The notes: a model not told the origin generated them from the letters alone. A DNA stretch of 64,000 bases from Candidatus Woesearchaeota archaeon (GCA_016180135.1 JACPBV010000015.1:2007-66006); one strand, 5' to 3'. Positions 20,340-30,464 are shown, counted from the first letter of the stretch. Program-made: numbers and translations.

Positions 20340-21773
20340 ATGTTTGATAAAATAAGAGATGGCCTGGAAGAGATTATTGGAAAAACTCAAGAATCCGCAG
20401 TCACCCTTGTTGGAAACCATGCATGGGACTATTACTGGGAATTAAACCTGCAAGGACAAAATTTTGAAGTTCTGGAAGTTGGGTCTGATGGCAGTTTCCA
20501 TTTGTCCCCTAAACTAAAGGCCGAAGAGCTTGAAAAGATCATAAGCATAGATAATAGCGGCAACGTAATATTTTCGGAGAACTTATTTTTTTATCTTGAT
20601 CACCATGGGCATCATACATATCTTCACCCGGCTAAAAATGCAGGTGGCGGCGATAAGGTTGAATCAACAACCGGAGATGAGACACTTCTAGGAAAGCTTG
20701 TTCAAGAAGGAAAGAAACCAATAATTATCCGCCCATCATTTACCGCACGGCCCGGAGGAGGCGCAAATAACCTTGCAGAATCGCTTCGTGGGGCATTTCC
20801 AGAGCAGCCAATCCTGTATATTGGCTCCGCCCACAAAGGAACCCAAGAAAAGCCGTCCGATCCTGAGTATGCAAAACATCTCAAAATACTCAATATAGAG
20901 CCGATTCTTATCCCGTCAATACAGAACCCTCAGGCAAATATTGTTATAACAAGAGTCATCGATAGATATGGAAATGCAGTTACTTCTAACCGGATTATAA
21001 TCAAGGGTCACCCCGCAAGAGGAAGTTTTTTGGACTATCAAAATAAAGAAAGCATCGAAGAAAGGTTACCGGGCAAAAAAGGAGTCGTTGTCATTGATTC
21101 ATTGAAAGATTACCCCCTTGGCAGATATTTAGTCAACGCATATGGCAAGAGAGAAACTGGAATTGCCGCAATGACTTCTTCTACACCTCCTGCATTGAAG
21201 GCGCTTGCCATTCGGGAAGGGTTTATCCAGGTCTTTAGTGATGATGATTTGGAAGCCCACATGAAGGGCTACTTTGGCATGGAGTTTAAGATTAGGTCCA
21301 GAGCGCAGGCGGGCGATAAAATCATGAATGAGAATGTTCTCAAAGCGCTGCGTTTAGTCAGGGAAGATCAGCCGGAGGGAAGAGCCGCAAGAATATACCT
21401 AACACTCGGCTCTCAAGGAAGCTTATGCTTTGATACTGATGGTATGATCTACAGAGCCGGAGTATACAGGCCAGAAAAAATTAAAGATGTGAATGGCGCG
21501 GGTGATGCCTATGCAGCAGGGGTCACCGCAGGGGAGCATCACCGCAGCGGGGATAACCCCTCATTAGTTATTCAGCTTTCTGCAGCAATAGCTTCATCAA
21601 GAATCCAAAAGGGATCTGTTGATGCAAAAACTGTAGATGACTTTCTAAAAAAAGGAGATATCCTTTTTGCAGAGCCAAAACATATTGATGACTATACGAA
21701 AAATCCTGAATTGTTAGATATCCAGTATGCAAAAACCACAGGCAAAAAGATTTCCCTGGGGCAGGTGGTATGA
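20340..21773 (+). CDS. PfkB/ribokinase-family carbohydrate kinase
   Basis: PGGGANNLA, LTLGSQG, DVNGAGDAYAAG. Confidence 0.82.
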   Translation: MFDKIRDGLEEIIGKTQESAVTLVGNHAWDYYWELNLQGQNFEVLEVGSDGSFHLSPKLKAEELEKIISIDNSGNVIFSENLFFYLDHHGHHTYLHPAKNAGGGDKVESTTGDETLLGKLVQEGKKPIIIRPSFTARPGGGANNLAESLRGAFPEQPILYIGSAHKGTQEKPSDPEYAKHLKILNIEPILIPSIQNPQANIVITRVIDRYGNAVTSNRIIIKGHPARGSFLDYQNKESIEERLPGKKGVVVIDSLKDYPLGRYLVNAYGKRETGIAAMTSSTPPALKALAIREGFIQVFSDDDLEAHMKGYFGMEFKIRSRAQAGDKIMNENVLKALRLVREDQPEGRAARIYLTLGSQGSLCFDTDGMIYRAGVYRPEKIKDVNGAGDAYAAGVTAGEHHRSGDNPSLVIQLSAAIASSRIQKGSVDAKTVDDFLKKGDILFAEPKHIDDYTKNPELLDIQYAKTTGKKISLGQVV

Positions 21774-21891
21774 TGATATCCCCAAGAACCATGCATGCGC
21801 CGATAGGAACGATCCGGATAAATTTCTCCCAGGCATTTCCCGAAAAGATTAGGGCAGTCCAAATAAAAATAATAACGGGGGGTAGATAAAA

Positions 21892-23082
21892 ATGCCAAAG
21901 AAAAAACTTCCCGACCTGTCGGACTACCACGATATTGAAGTTGAGAAGACAAGAAAAAAAGGCGATAAGGAGTTCACGTATTTCCTTAGAGTCCCCTTTG
22001 AATATGTCCAGAAGATGGAAGTTTCGATTGCCAATAAGCCGATGGTGAATCTCAGCTCAGGGCTCTACAGGCAGCTCTATTATTCCGATGGAACCCTTTT
22101 TGATGCCAATGGCGCAAGGGTTTTCATTGACGAGCTTCTTACCGGGAAGCATGAGATGCGGGCATTTCATTGGACTTATGAAAAGCATATGGAGAAGATG
22201 GGGATCATTGACGAAAACGGCCTTGTCCTTGTCCCCGCAATCGTAAATGGGATGAGAGATTTGGGCCAGAATTCATGGCATGTTTTTTGGGAGAAGGATC
22301 CAGGGCTTGAATTTTTCCTTGAAGGGACATTCCTCGGCGGAAAGGGATATGTCTCATTAAAGAAAAGACAGAAAGACAGGTGGTTCAGGCTGTTGGAAGA
22401 TGATATCTATGGCACCATGAGGGCGACTGCTCTCGGGAATGATTTTTCAACGGGGAGGTCCTATCGCTGCTTAACCATCCCGACAGAGGGAAATCCAACA
22501 ATACAAAATCTTAAGTTTGATGAAAAACAGGATGTTTATTCCAGTGATTTGGAAACAAAGCTGAGCGATTCTATCCTGTGGGCAGTTTCAGGCAAAGAGC
22601 TCGTGACTCATGGCATTGCGATGGATCCGATGGATATTCTGGAGCAGTATTGCGGGGATCCGGCCCATATCATTCCTGTCAGCAGGCAGAAACCGGTAAC
22701 GCCGGCAGAAAGCGGCATTTCTGATAGGCCAAGGGAGAAGCCTTTGCTCGAGAAGCTCTTTGAAGGGTATCCGCTCAATTTCAAGGAAAACTGCCTTACC
22801 CACGCAAAAGGCCTGATTGGCGCTGCAAAATATTACTTTGATGTCGTAGGGGTTGATGGAACCTCTCTGATGATTCTCCATAAGTATGGAACATTGAAAG
22901 AAGTTGGGGATGAAGCAGTCCGCAGGGGCATGACCGACGGGATAGTTGTTGATGAGGGCGGCTCAATTGCCCTTTGGGCATGGCATCATGGCCCCAACGG
23001 CGGATATGAAAATGTCAGCTCTTATTTCAGGCCAAGCGCAATTTCATTGTTTGGGATAATTCTAAAGAATCCAGGAGGGTGA
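21892..23082 (+). CDS. Hypothetical protein, possibly phosphodiester glycosidase (NAGPA/DUF2233)-like
   Basis: AIVNG, WAVSGKELV, TLKEVG...GMTDGIVVDEGGS resemble the family's ING, GP.LV and G...A.NLDGGGS motifs. Confidence 0.5.
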   Translation: MPKKKLPDLSDYHDIEVEKTRKKGDKEFTYFLRVPFEYVQKMEVSIANKPMVNLSSGLYRQLYYSDGTLFDANGARVFIDELLTGKHEMRAFHWTYEKHMEKMGIIDENGLVLVPAIVNGMRDLGQNSWHVFWEKDPGLEFFLEGTFLGGKGYVSLKKRQKDRWFRLLEDDIYGTMRATALGNDFSTGRSYRCLTIPTEGNPTIQNLKFDEKQDVYSSDLETKLSDSILWAVSGKELVTHGIAMDPMDILEQYCGDPAHIIPVSRQKPVTPAESGISDRPREKPLLEKLFEGYPLNFKENCLTHAKGLIGAAKYYFDVVGVDGTSLMILHKYGTLKEVGDEAVRRGMTDGIVVDEGGSIALWAWHHGPNGGYENVSSYFRPSAISLFGIILKNPGG

Positions 23083-23465
23083 GGAGCATGCCAACAACAA
23101 TATACGACGGTGCACGGGGCTCGGGAAGCAGCGGAATCAGGATATATGAAGAAGATGGAAAGATCCATTTTGACTACGGGGCTTTTTTCGATGCCGCTGA
23201 GTTTGACCATGCCCACGCATCATTCGAGCCGGAAGCATTCTTGTCGGGAATAGAATCGTTGGTTTCCGGAAAGGAGGCTAAAGTGGAGGGGGAGGGGACG
23301 ATGAAGCTCACTCCGACAGATGATGGCGGGCTTATGATGGCTGTCCAGCCGCCTGCAACACTCAATCAGTATAACTTTGTTTTTGCATCAGGCGCAGAGG
23401 TGCCATCCTGTTTCGGAAAAGAAGGCCTGGACAGGATAAGAAGGATATTGCATCGTGAAAAATGA
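23079..23465 (+). CDS. Hypothetical protein
   Basis: 128-aa ORF overlapping both neighbours in the operon; SD GGAGGGTGAGG. Confidence 0.65.
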   Translation: MRSMPTTIYDGARGSGSSGIRIYEEDGKIHFDYGAFFDAAEFDHAHASFEPEAFLSGIESLVSGKEAKVEGEGTMKLTPTDDGGLMMAVQPPATLNQYNFVFASGAEVPSCFGKEGLDRIRRILHREK

Positions 23466-24555
23466 CGCCAGAAGAAAAACTTATTGAGGCAACCTTCAAT
23501 CTGATGAAGAGCCATGCTTCCCTCGCAGGGCAGATTCTTCTTGAGATGCAGCCACACATCCACAACTTCGGAAAAAAGGGGGACAGCATTCACGAGGGAG
23601 AGCATGATGCCGGCGGGACTTATAAGACCGTCATGGATGATCTTCTGCAGGAGGCTTTCCTTGCAAGGCTGCTCGGCGCAAATCCATTCGCAAGGGTAAA
23701 TGCCGAAGAGGAAACACCGCTTCTTGAGATTTTCAGGGGCAATGATGGAAAGGTCTGCTCTGTCCATCAGGATCCTTTGGATGGGACGAAATCTTATGTC
23801 CGGCAAAATCCTGAATTCGCTTTGGGGTTTGCAATTTCGCAACTTAACAATCTTTTTCCTTATTCTGTTGTTGGTATACCTGCAAGGAAGATGATTTATG
23901 CCGCTTCTCCAGCAGGGGCTGAGATCTATGAGGTGGGTGGCGGCCCGGCCAAAAAAGATATTGCCGAGTTGATTGGAAGAATCTGTGAACTGCAGGAGAT
24001 GGCTAAGAGAAAGGAGGCATGGTGCATTTTCGGGGGAGATTCTGAGATTAACACTCTTTCACGGAAGATTGTTTCAGAGATCAACTTTTTAAGGCCGGCT
24101 CCGGAGCTGAAAGAGGCTTCAGGATATCTCCTAAGGGCGTATTTGACAAAAGGATATCCCCTAATGAAGTATATGGCAAAAGGATATCCCCCAAGGTGAT
24201 ATATGAGAAAAGGATATTGTCTGATGAGCAAAAAAAAGCTATCGCCAATCTAGGCTGCAGGATTGGAGAGATGAGATCCGCCCATACCAGGATTATTGAT
24301 GTTGCATTGGATGGGGCTGCTGCAGTGCTCTATGGAAATGGTAACCCTCATGATGTGATGATACCTTATGCATTTGCCAGGAGCTATGGGGCTAAGGCAT
24401 TGGCAAGAGGAGGGGAAGAGATTTCCGGAAAAGACCTAATTGAACGGGTCGTTGATGGCAGGCTAAAGTTTGAGAGAATTCCGTCAATATGCTACTTTTC
24501 GCCGCATGCCTGCTCTTCGGGCATGGCTGATGAAATTCTTGGAGCGATAAAATAA
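23462..24555 (+). CDS. Inositol monophosphatase/FBPase-fold phosphatase split into two ORFs (23462..24199, 24196..24555)
   Basis: KTVMD, AEEE, DPLDGT in ORF1; NPHD (equivalent of PWD) and G.EI C-terminal motifs in ORF2. Confidence 0.72.
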
Positions 24556-24586
24556 TCCCGTTAAGGCAAGAGAAATGATGCAGCAT

Positions 24587-24660
24587 GAGACGAGGTAGAG
24601 GAGACGAGGTAAAGGAGACGAGGTAAAGGAGACGAGGTAGAGGAGACGAGGTAGAGGAGA
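24587..24660. repeat. 14-bp tandem repeat (GAGACGAGGTA[A/G]AG x5)
   Basis: Units at 24587, 24601, 24615, 24629, 24643. Confidence 0.95.
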
Positions 24661-24944
24661 TAGGGGTAAATGGGAAAAGGGGCATCTCAGAGAAAAGGGA
24701 ATAATATTTGCAGCCTCGCCAAAAAATACCAATCCTTTGGGAGACACCACAGGAGCCGGTGCGACATTCGACGGCCTCTGTATGTATCATCTCTCACGGC
24801 TGTTTTCTTGATTATTTGGCCGTTTCTGGCCATTATAGATTAAATAATGGTAATTCTAAGCCACAAGATTAACGATTGTTTTATTAACAGGAGCATCTCA
24901 ATAATCTTATTACCATTCAGTCAATCAGTCAATCAATCAGTCAA

Positions 24945-25451
24945 TTGGAGGGAACCATGATACCAAAAGATTTTTCAGCGGGAAGGGGAGGAAAGGTATA
25001 CATCATTCCGGGAAGCTCCGTTGATGGCATTGAGGGGATGTTCCCGCAATCTGGCACACCTGTAGCTAAAAGGACCGATAAAGGTATTAGGGGCATTCCT
25101 GCTGACTCCCAACAAAAAAACCGTTTGTTGTATCTAACTCCAGACTGTTACCTAATCCCCGTTTCTGAAGGAGACTCACATCCGCCCGTAAGCACACCAG
25201 TAAATGTAAGGGCATATCATGAAGAGATTCCTTATAGGGGAACGGGTCCAAACAGCGGAGAGATTCTCCCTATCGGCAAAGATCCTGATGCCGCCAATTA
25301 TCAGGGGAGGCCTTCACCAGCATCAGAAATACCTGAACCAGGAAACAATTCCGAAGAACATTCCCAAGAGTGGATTTTTCCCGATGGGGGAGCCTCATCG
25401 GTAAGGTTGGTGATTCCGTCATCCATCAATCACATTGATGATGCATTTTAG
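24945..25451 (+). CDS. Hypothetical Pro-rich protein (start probably ATG 24958)
   Basis: ORF with SD GGAGGG; no family recognised. Confidence 0.45.
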   Translation: MEGTMIPKDFSAGRGGKVYIIPGSSVDGIEGMFPQSGTPVAKRTDKGIRGIPADSQQKNRLLYLTPDCYLIPVSEGDSHPPVSTPVNVRAYHEEIPYRGTGPNSGEILPIGKDPDAANYQGRPSPASEIPEPGNNSEEHSQEWIFPDGGASSVRLVIPSSINHIDDAF

Positions 25452-25494
25452 CAACAAAACGGTCCCATAAGAATTTCAAAAAGAGGTGAAACAA

Positions 25495-25638
25495 ATGAAT
25501 TTACAAAGCCCGGCATTGGAAGAGATAGCAAGAATGCAAAAAGGAGCAAGCCTTGATAAGCCCCAAAATAAGGAGATGTCGCTGTTCTATACTTTTGATA
25601 CGCGGGGATATGACTGCTGTTTTCCGGTGAGGGAATAG
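25495..25638 (+). CDS. Small hypothetical protein (47 aa)
   Basis: Strong SD GAGGTGA before ATG; MNLQSPALEEIARMQKG...CCFPVRE*. Confidence 0.35.
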   Translation: MNLQSPALEEIARMQKGASLDKPQNKEMSLFYTFDTRGYDCCFPVRE

Positions 25639-25823
25639 GAGGGTCAATTCCTATTAAGGGCCCTATTATTCAAGTGATTCATCGGGTTTGCTCAATACAT
25701 AATTGACAAACCAGAATTTTTCACCATAAAAAATCCTATTTTCGGTGAAATTCTCAGAAAAATATCAAAAAAATCCGACCACCGCCGGTCAATAGACCGG
25801 CGGTATGCTCGCTCCCTTCGGTC

Positions 25824-25947
25824 GCTCGGGTCGGATTTTTTGTTCTCATTTTCCACAAGATAGTATTCTTGCGGCAGACCACCAGGCTCGGGTCGGATTT
25901 TTTGTTCTCATTTTCCACAAGATAGTATTCTTGCGGCAGACCACCAG
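25824..25947. repeat. Perfect 62-bp tandem duplication
   Basis: GCTCGGGTCGGATTTTTTG...GCAGACCACCAG at 25824-25885 and 25886-25947. Confidence 0.9.
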
Positions 25948-26543
25948 TGAAACACACTGGTGGAAAATGAGATTTTAAAAATACCAAATAATTCTTTTTT
26001 TGAAAAGTAATTCTTAAGTATCTTATACCCTTTTCCATCCCTAAGGCTTCTTATTTTATAGGTGTTTTCACTCCCTTTTGGCCTGATCAGCCTTCCGCCA
26101 ACATTTTTATCGAAATTGTTGTCTCCAATAAAGACTATTGCTTTTTCCATTAACACTCTATGAAACCCTTTAAGAAATTGATAAATTTTCTCACGCGGAA
26201 TATGAGAAAACCAGAAATTTGCCAAGCCGCCGGAAAAACTGTTGTCCGCGAAAGAAAGATTATAGGCATCCTCCTTTCTAAACTCAACGGGACATGAATA
26301 GTGTTTTGCTTTGGCCAATCCCAAAGTTTCTTCAACAGCATCGGTCACAACAATTTTAGCTGCGCTGAGGGAGGCAATCCTTGACCAATAGCCCGTTCCA
26401 GCGGCAACCTCTAAAACTTCCTTATTTTTAAAAAGCCGTTTGATCTCCTGCCCAATTTTCTTTAATTCTTTCATTCTTACCGGATCATCCCGGCAGTATA
26501 TTTCCTCATATTCCGAAGCCCTCTTCTTGTAATAGTCTTCCAT
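25908..26543 (-). CDS. Class I SAM-dependent methyltransferase
   Basis: YYKKRASEYE, VLEVAAGTGYW, DAYNLSFADNSF, FWFSHIP. Confidence 0.88.
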   Translation of the reverse strand: MEDYYKKRASEYEEIYCRDDPVRMKELKKIGQEIKRLFKNKEVLEVAAGTGYWSRIASLSAAKIVVTDAVEETLGLAKAKHYSCPVEFRKEDAYNLSFADNSFSGGLANFWFSHIPREKIYQFLKGFHRVLMEKAIVFIGDNNFDKNVGGRLIRPKGSENTYKIRSLRDGKGYKILKNYFSKKELFGIFKISFSTSVFHWWSAARILSCGK

Positions 26544-26737
26544 TTCACCTACAATTGTAAATGAGCCTAATAAAGTTTACCAAGTTCGAAAACACATTTT
26601 TAATGTTTAAAGCCTTTTCTTGAAAAAGAACCCAGAATCCTCCAGTCTAAAATGATTGAATCCTTTTCCCCAAATCAGGCAATTTCTTTAGGCGGTTTCC
26701 GAAATCTTAATATACCCTTGAAGCCAATAGCCAAAGC

Positions 26738-27040
26738 ATGATAGCCCTTTACGTTCCCTGCAGCGATGAGAAAGAGGCAGCAGCCATCGGTAAAGCCCTT
26801 CTTGAAAAGAAGCTTGCTGTCTGCATAAATACCTTCCCCATCACCTCGATGTATCTCTGGAAAGGCGATATTGAGGGCTCCAAAGAAGCCGTCCTTATCG
26901 CAAAGACCTTTGCAAAGAAGCATAAAGATGCCGAGCTTGAGATAAAGAAGCACCATTCCTATGAAGTGCCGTGCATCATCAGGATCCCTGTTGAAATAAA
27001 CGAGGATTACAGGCGGTATGCTGAGCAGGAACTATTATAG
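26738..27040 (+). CDS. cutA: Divalent-cation tolerance protein CutA
   Basis: LLEKKLAVCIN, SMYLWKG, HSYEVPCI. Confidence 0.93.
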   Translation: MIALYVPCSDEKEAAAIGKALLEKKLAVCINTFPITSMYLWKGDIEGSKEAVLIAKTFAKKHKDAELEIKKHHSYEVPCIIRIPVEINEDYRRYAEQELL

Positions 27041-27302
27041 GTAAGAAGAATAGGTATGCTTACGGACAAAAATAATTATACAATTGTTGTCCGTTCGTAA
27101 TAAGCCAACGACAACTTTTTGTCTAAATATTTGTGTCGTTGGCTATAAAAATAAGATTATGGACAAGAATCAGGTCATAGATAGATATAAGCGCATGAAA
27201 TCAGTTGGCAGTATATGCAGAAAATACCTGAGAACATACAATTCCTGAGAACATAAAATCCCTAAATAGGTAATAACCGAATCGTTATGCAGGAAACCAA
27301 GA

Positions 27303-28955
27303 ATGCTCGATCTCAAAAAAGAGGTAAGGGATATCAGGAGATTTAACCTTATTCTCTTTGTGCTTGCCAGGGAAGGATTCGGATACTTATTCAGCGCAGC
27401 CCATGAGCGGTTCCATCCGTTCAGGAAGAAGGAAAAGATCCTGAGTATACCGCCTGAGGCCCGCCTGCGGAGAGTCCTTGAAAAGCTCGGGCCGACGTTC
27501 ATCAAATTCGGGCAGATACTGAGCCTGAGGCCCGATCTGATCCCGATAGCCTACGCAAAAGAGCTGGAAAAGCTCCAGGACGCTGTCGGCCCATTTCCTT
27601 TTGAGGAAGCAAAAAAGATTGTTGAGCAGGAATTGGGAAAGCCCCTCAGCGCCCTGTTCAGGAAGTTTGAAAAAAAAGAGATCGCTTCCGCATCCATAAG
27701 CCAGGTGCACAAGGCAGCGCTGCCCACAGGAGAGATCGTGGCGGTGAAGATTCAAAGGCCCGGCATCCTAAAGATGATGGACACCGACATCGAGATTATG
27801 TTCTCTATCGCAAGATACCTTGAAAGGCATTTCCCGAAGCTCAGGCTCTACCATCCAGTCCTTATCGTCGAAGAATTCAAGCGGTGGACGGATGCGGAGC
27901 TTGATTTCAGGAACGAAGCCCATTATGCGAAGCTTTTCCTCGAGAATGCAAAGGGCATGGCTATGCTCAAGATCCCCAAAGTCTATGATGCCTACGTCAC
28001 CGATAAGATCCTAACCACCGAATTTCTGGAGGGAATTCCCCTGCATGATGTGAAGGGGTTAAAAAGAAAAGGATACAACATCCAAAAAGTAGTTGAAAAC
28101 GGCATCGCCATCACCCTGAAGAATGTTTTTGAAGACGGCCTGTTCCATGCCGACCCCCACCCCGGAAACATCCTGGTGATGAAGGGAAATAAAGTTGGCC
28201 TGATAGATTTCGGCATCGTCGGAACATTTGATGAGAAGCTGAAGCATTCAAGCATAGAGATGTTCTACGGCATCGTGGAGGAGGATACTGACGCAGTTGT
28301 TGAGGCGTTTGCCTCCCTGGGGCTTATCGACGATGGAGCCGCCGGCATGGATGAATTCAAGAGGGAGATCAAAAAGATTATCGGCCCGCTGCAGCACGCC
28401 TCGCTGAAAGATGTCAAACTTAGCTATGTGCTTGAAGAAGTCCTTGATACAGCGGTCAAGCACCATATCAAGATGCCCATCGGTTTTGTGCTGTTTGGGA
28501 AAGCCATGCTCACGGTTGAAGGAGTTGCGCTGGAGTTTGATCCCGGCTTCGAGCTTGTCAAGGTCAGCAGGCCGTATGTCGAAAAGCTTATTAACAAAGA
28601 ACTCCTGGGAGAAGCCATGCCCAAGCGCATCATCGCCGAATTTTCAAAATACGGAAGGTTTCTCAGCGAGCTTCCCGAAAGGGTCAACGCTGCGCTCGGC
28701 AAGATCCAGAAAGGAACTATCAAGATTGACGTTGAGGACAGCGACGTCAAGCGCCTTGGCCTGGAGATTGACAAGAGCAGCAACAGGATGACGTACGGCG
28801 TGCTGATCGCAGCGCTGCTGGTGACCGGAGCGCTGCTGAAAGATGTCGGCTCCCCGATGTTTGGGGGATTCCCGCTGGTGTCGTTGATCTCATTTGGCTT
28901 CGCTGTCTTGATTGCTCTTTTCCTTGTCGGATCCATTTTTAGGGAAGGGAATTGA
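27303..28955 (+). CDS. ubiB: UbiB/AarF/ABC1 atypical kinase family protein
   Basis: LGPTFIKFGQ, ASASISQVHKA, VAVKIQRP, FHADPHPGN, IDFG; two C-terminal TM helices. Confidence 0.92.
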   Translation: MLDLKKEVRDIRRFNLILFVLAREGFGYLFSAAHERFHPFRKKEKILSIPPEARLRRVLEKLGPTFIKFGQILSLRPDLIPIAYAKELEKLQDAVGPFPFEEAKKIVEQELGKPLSALFRKFEKKEIASASISQVHKAALPTGEIVAVKIQRPGILKMMDTDIEIMFSIARYLERHFPKLRLYHPVLIVEEFKRWTDAELDFRNEAHYAKLFLENAKGMAMLKIPKVYDAYVTDKILTTEFLEGIPLHDVKGLKRKGYNIQKVVENGIAITLKNVFEDGLFHADPHPGNILVMKGNKVGLIDFGIVGTFDEKLKHSSIEMFYGIVEEDTDAVVEAFASLGLIDDGAAGMDEFKREIKKIIGPLQHASLKDVKLSYVLEEVLDTAVKHHIKMPIGFVLFGKAMLTVEGVALEFDPGFELVKVSRPYVEKLINKELLGEAMPKRIIAEFSKYGRFLSELPERVNAALGKIQKGTIKIDVEDSDVKRLGLEIDKSSNRMTYGVLIAALLVTGALLKDVGSPMFGGFPLVSLISFGFAVLIALFLVGSIFREGN

Positions 28956-29187
28956 TTGGGAAACGATAGATAGGAAAAAGATAGATAGGTGAAAGATGTG
29001 TAGAGAAAATAGGGATTGAAGAAAGAGAAACAGGAAAAAGACAAACAGGGAAAAGATGCGTAGATAAAAGATGGATTGAAGAAATGTAAATAGTGAAAAG
29101 GTATATGGATAAAAAAATAAAGTGATTTATGAAGGAAAAAGAAGCATTGATTCCTGAAAGAATAAGGCGTTGACGAGGTGAACAACA

Positions 29188-29496
29188 ATGGATAAGAGCG
29201 TAAAACGGGCGCTGTATGCGGCAATAGGCGCTGCAAGCATCGCTGCAGAGAAGGCAGAAAAGATTGTGAAGATAGTCGCAAAGCAGGGCGCAATCTCCCA
29301 GAAAGAAGGTATGAAGCTTGTGAGAGCTCTGTCAAAGCACGCTGACAAACAGCGCAAAAATGTCCAGCGCATGATGGTAGGGCATATTGCCAAAGCCTCC
29401 AAGGCAGCTGAAGCAAGAGGGAAGCAGATCGTCGGAAGGGCAGCAAAGATCGCCGAGAAAAAAGGAAAAAGCCTCCTGAAGAAGCTTGGCCGATAG
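29188..29496 (+). CDS. Phasin-like protein
   Basis: KRALYAAIGAASIAAEKAEKIV...QGAISQKEG pattern; a typical neighbour of AarF kinases. Confidence 0.65.
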   Translation: MDKSVKRALYAAIGAASIAAEKAEKIVKIVAKQGAISQKEGMKLVRALSKHADKQRKNVQRMMVGHIAKASKAAEARGKQIVGRAAKIAEKKGKSLLKKLGR

Positions 29497-29517
29497 ATGA
29501 GGTTGGTGCGAAATAAA

Positions 29518-29630
29518 GGTTGTTGCAGAGCGAAGCGAACGCAACTAGGAAGTTTCCGAGCAGGGCGAGCGGAACTAAGAAAATCCTCAGATTTTCTGTT
29601 GTTGCCGAAACGAAGTAGAGGGCAATAACA
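29518..29630. repeat. Multi-hairpin palindromic element related to 1076-1270
   Basis: GTTGC..GAGCGAAGCGAA..GCAAC, CCGAGCAGGGC (shared with 1161), GAAAATC-CTCA-GATTTTC, TGTTGTTGCC..GGCAATAACA. Confidence 0.5.
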
Positions 29631-29731
29631 AAAATAATGGTAAGGTGCTATCGTAAGAGGTGCTCCCTTATTTTTCTCAATCAGAGTATGGGAGATATTT
29701 GGTGAAACATCATGAGGGAGGGTGAGAGCTT

Positions 29732-30244
29732 ATGCCGCAGGCAGTCGTCCACGTCATACTGACAATCATTGCGCTTGACCTGATTAGGGATTACGCCATA
29801 AAAAAGCGCAAGTTCATTCCCCTGCATTACCTTTTCCTCGGAGGGATTTTTGGATTGCTCCCCGATGCCGACATCCCCGTTTACTGGCTTGCAAAGAATA
29901 TCCTCGGCTATGAAGCTGTATGGTTTCACCGGACGATAACTCATTCGTTGCTCTTCCCCTTTGCAGCAATCCTCCTTGCAGCCCTTGCGTTTTCCTTTGC
30001 AAGAAAGAAGAGGCTCTGGCTCTTTTTTGCGGTGATGGCATTCGGCTTTTCCATGCACCTTCTCCTGGACGGCATCCTGACCGGCTACATCCCGCTGTTC
30101 TACCCATTCTCAGAGGCAAGGTTCGGCATTAACCTCCTTGGAAGGATCGGCTGGCCCGCTATCGTCGAAGGCCTGGAAGCGGTGATCCTGCTTATCTGGC
30201 TGTATGACCTTGACAGGAGGCACAGGCTGAGGGATTATCTGTAG
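29732..30244 (+). CDS. Membrane-bound metal-dependent hydrolase (YdjM family)
   Basis: H near N-terminus, LLPDAD, HRTITHS, HLLLD, PLFYPF. Confidence 0.88.
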   Translation: MPQAVVHVILTIIALDLIRDYAIKKRKFIPLHYLFLGGIFGLLPDADIPVYWLAKNILGYEAVWFHRTITHSLLFPFAAILLAALAFSFARKKRLWLFFAVMAFGFSMHLLLDGILTGYIPLFYPFSEARFGINLLGRIGWPAIVEGLEAVILLIWLYDLDRRHRLRDYL

Positions 30245-30464
30245 AAAAATGCTTTGCAGAAGGATTAGTTTTAGAAAGACTATTTGTAAAGGGCTATGGG
30301 GAAAAGAATTATTGAATTTGTTGGAGGATTGGTGATAGGGGAATTATCTGTATAAAGACTATGTGGAAAAGGATTATTTGTAAAATCATTACGTGAAAAA
30401 AGAATTCTCAAGGCCATCTTCCGAATCAAACCCATTTCCGAAGCCAATCAACCTGCGAAGCCAA

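Noticed and set aside
24738-24800. Hairpin containing TTCGA, possible tRNA fragment or ncRNA
   Set aside because: No cloverleaf, acceptor stem or anticodon arm can be built
28424-29446. 340-aa minus-strand ORF
   Set aside because: Antisense to ubiB/phasin and runs through low-complexity repeats
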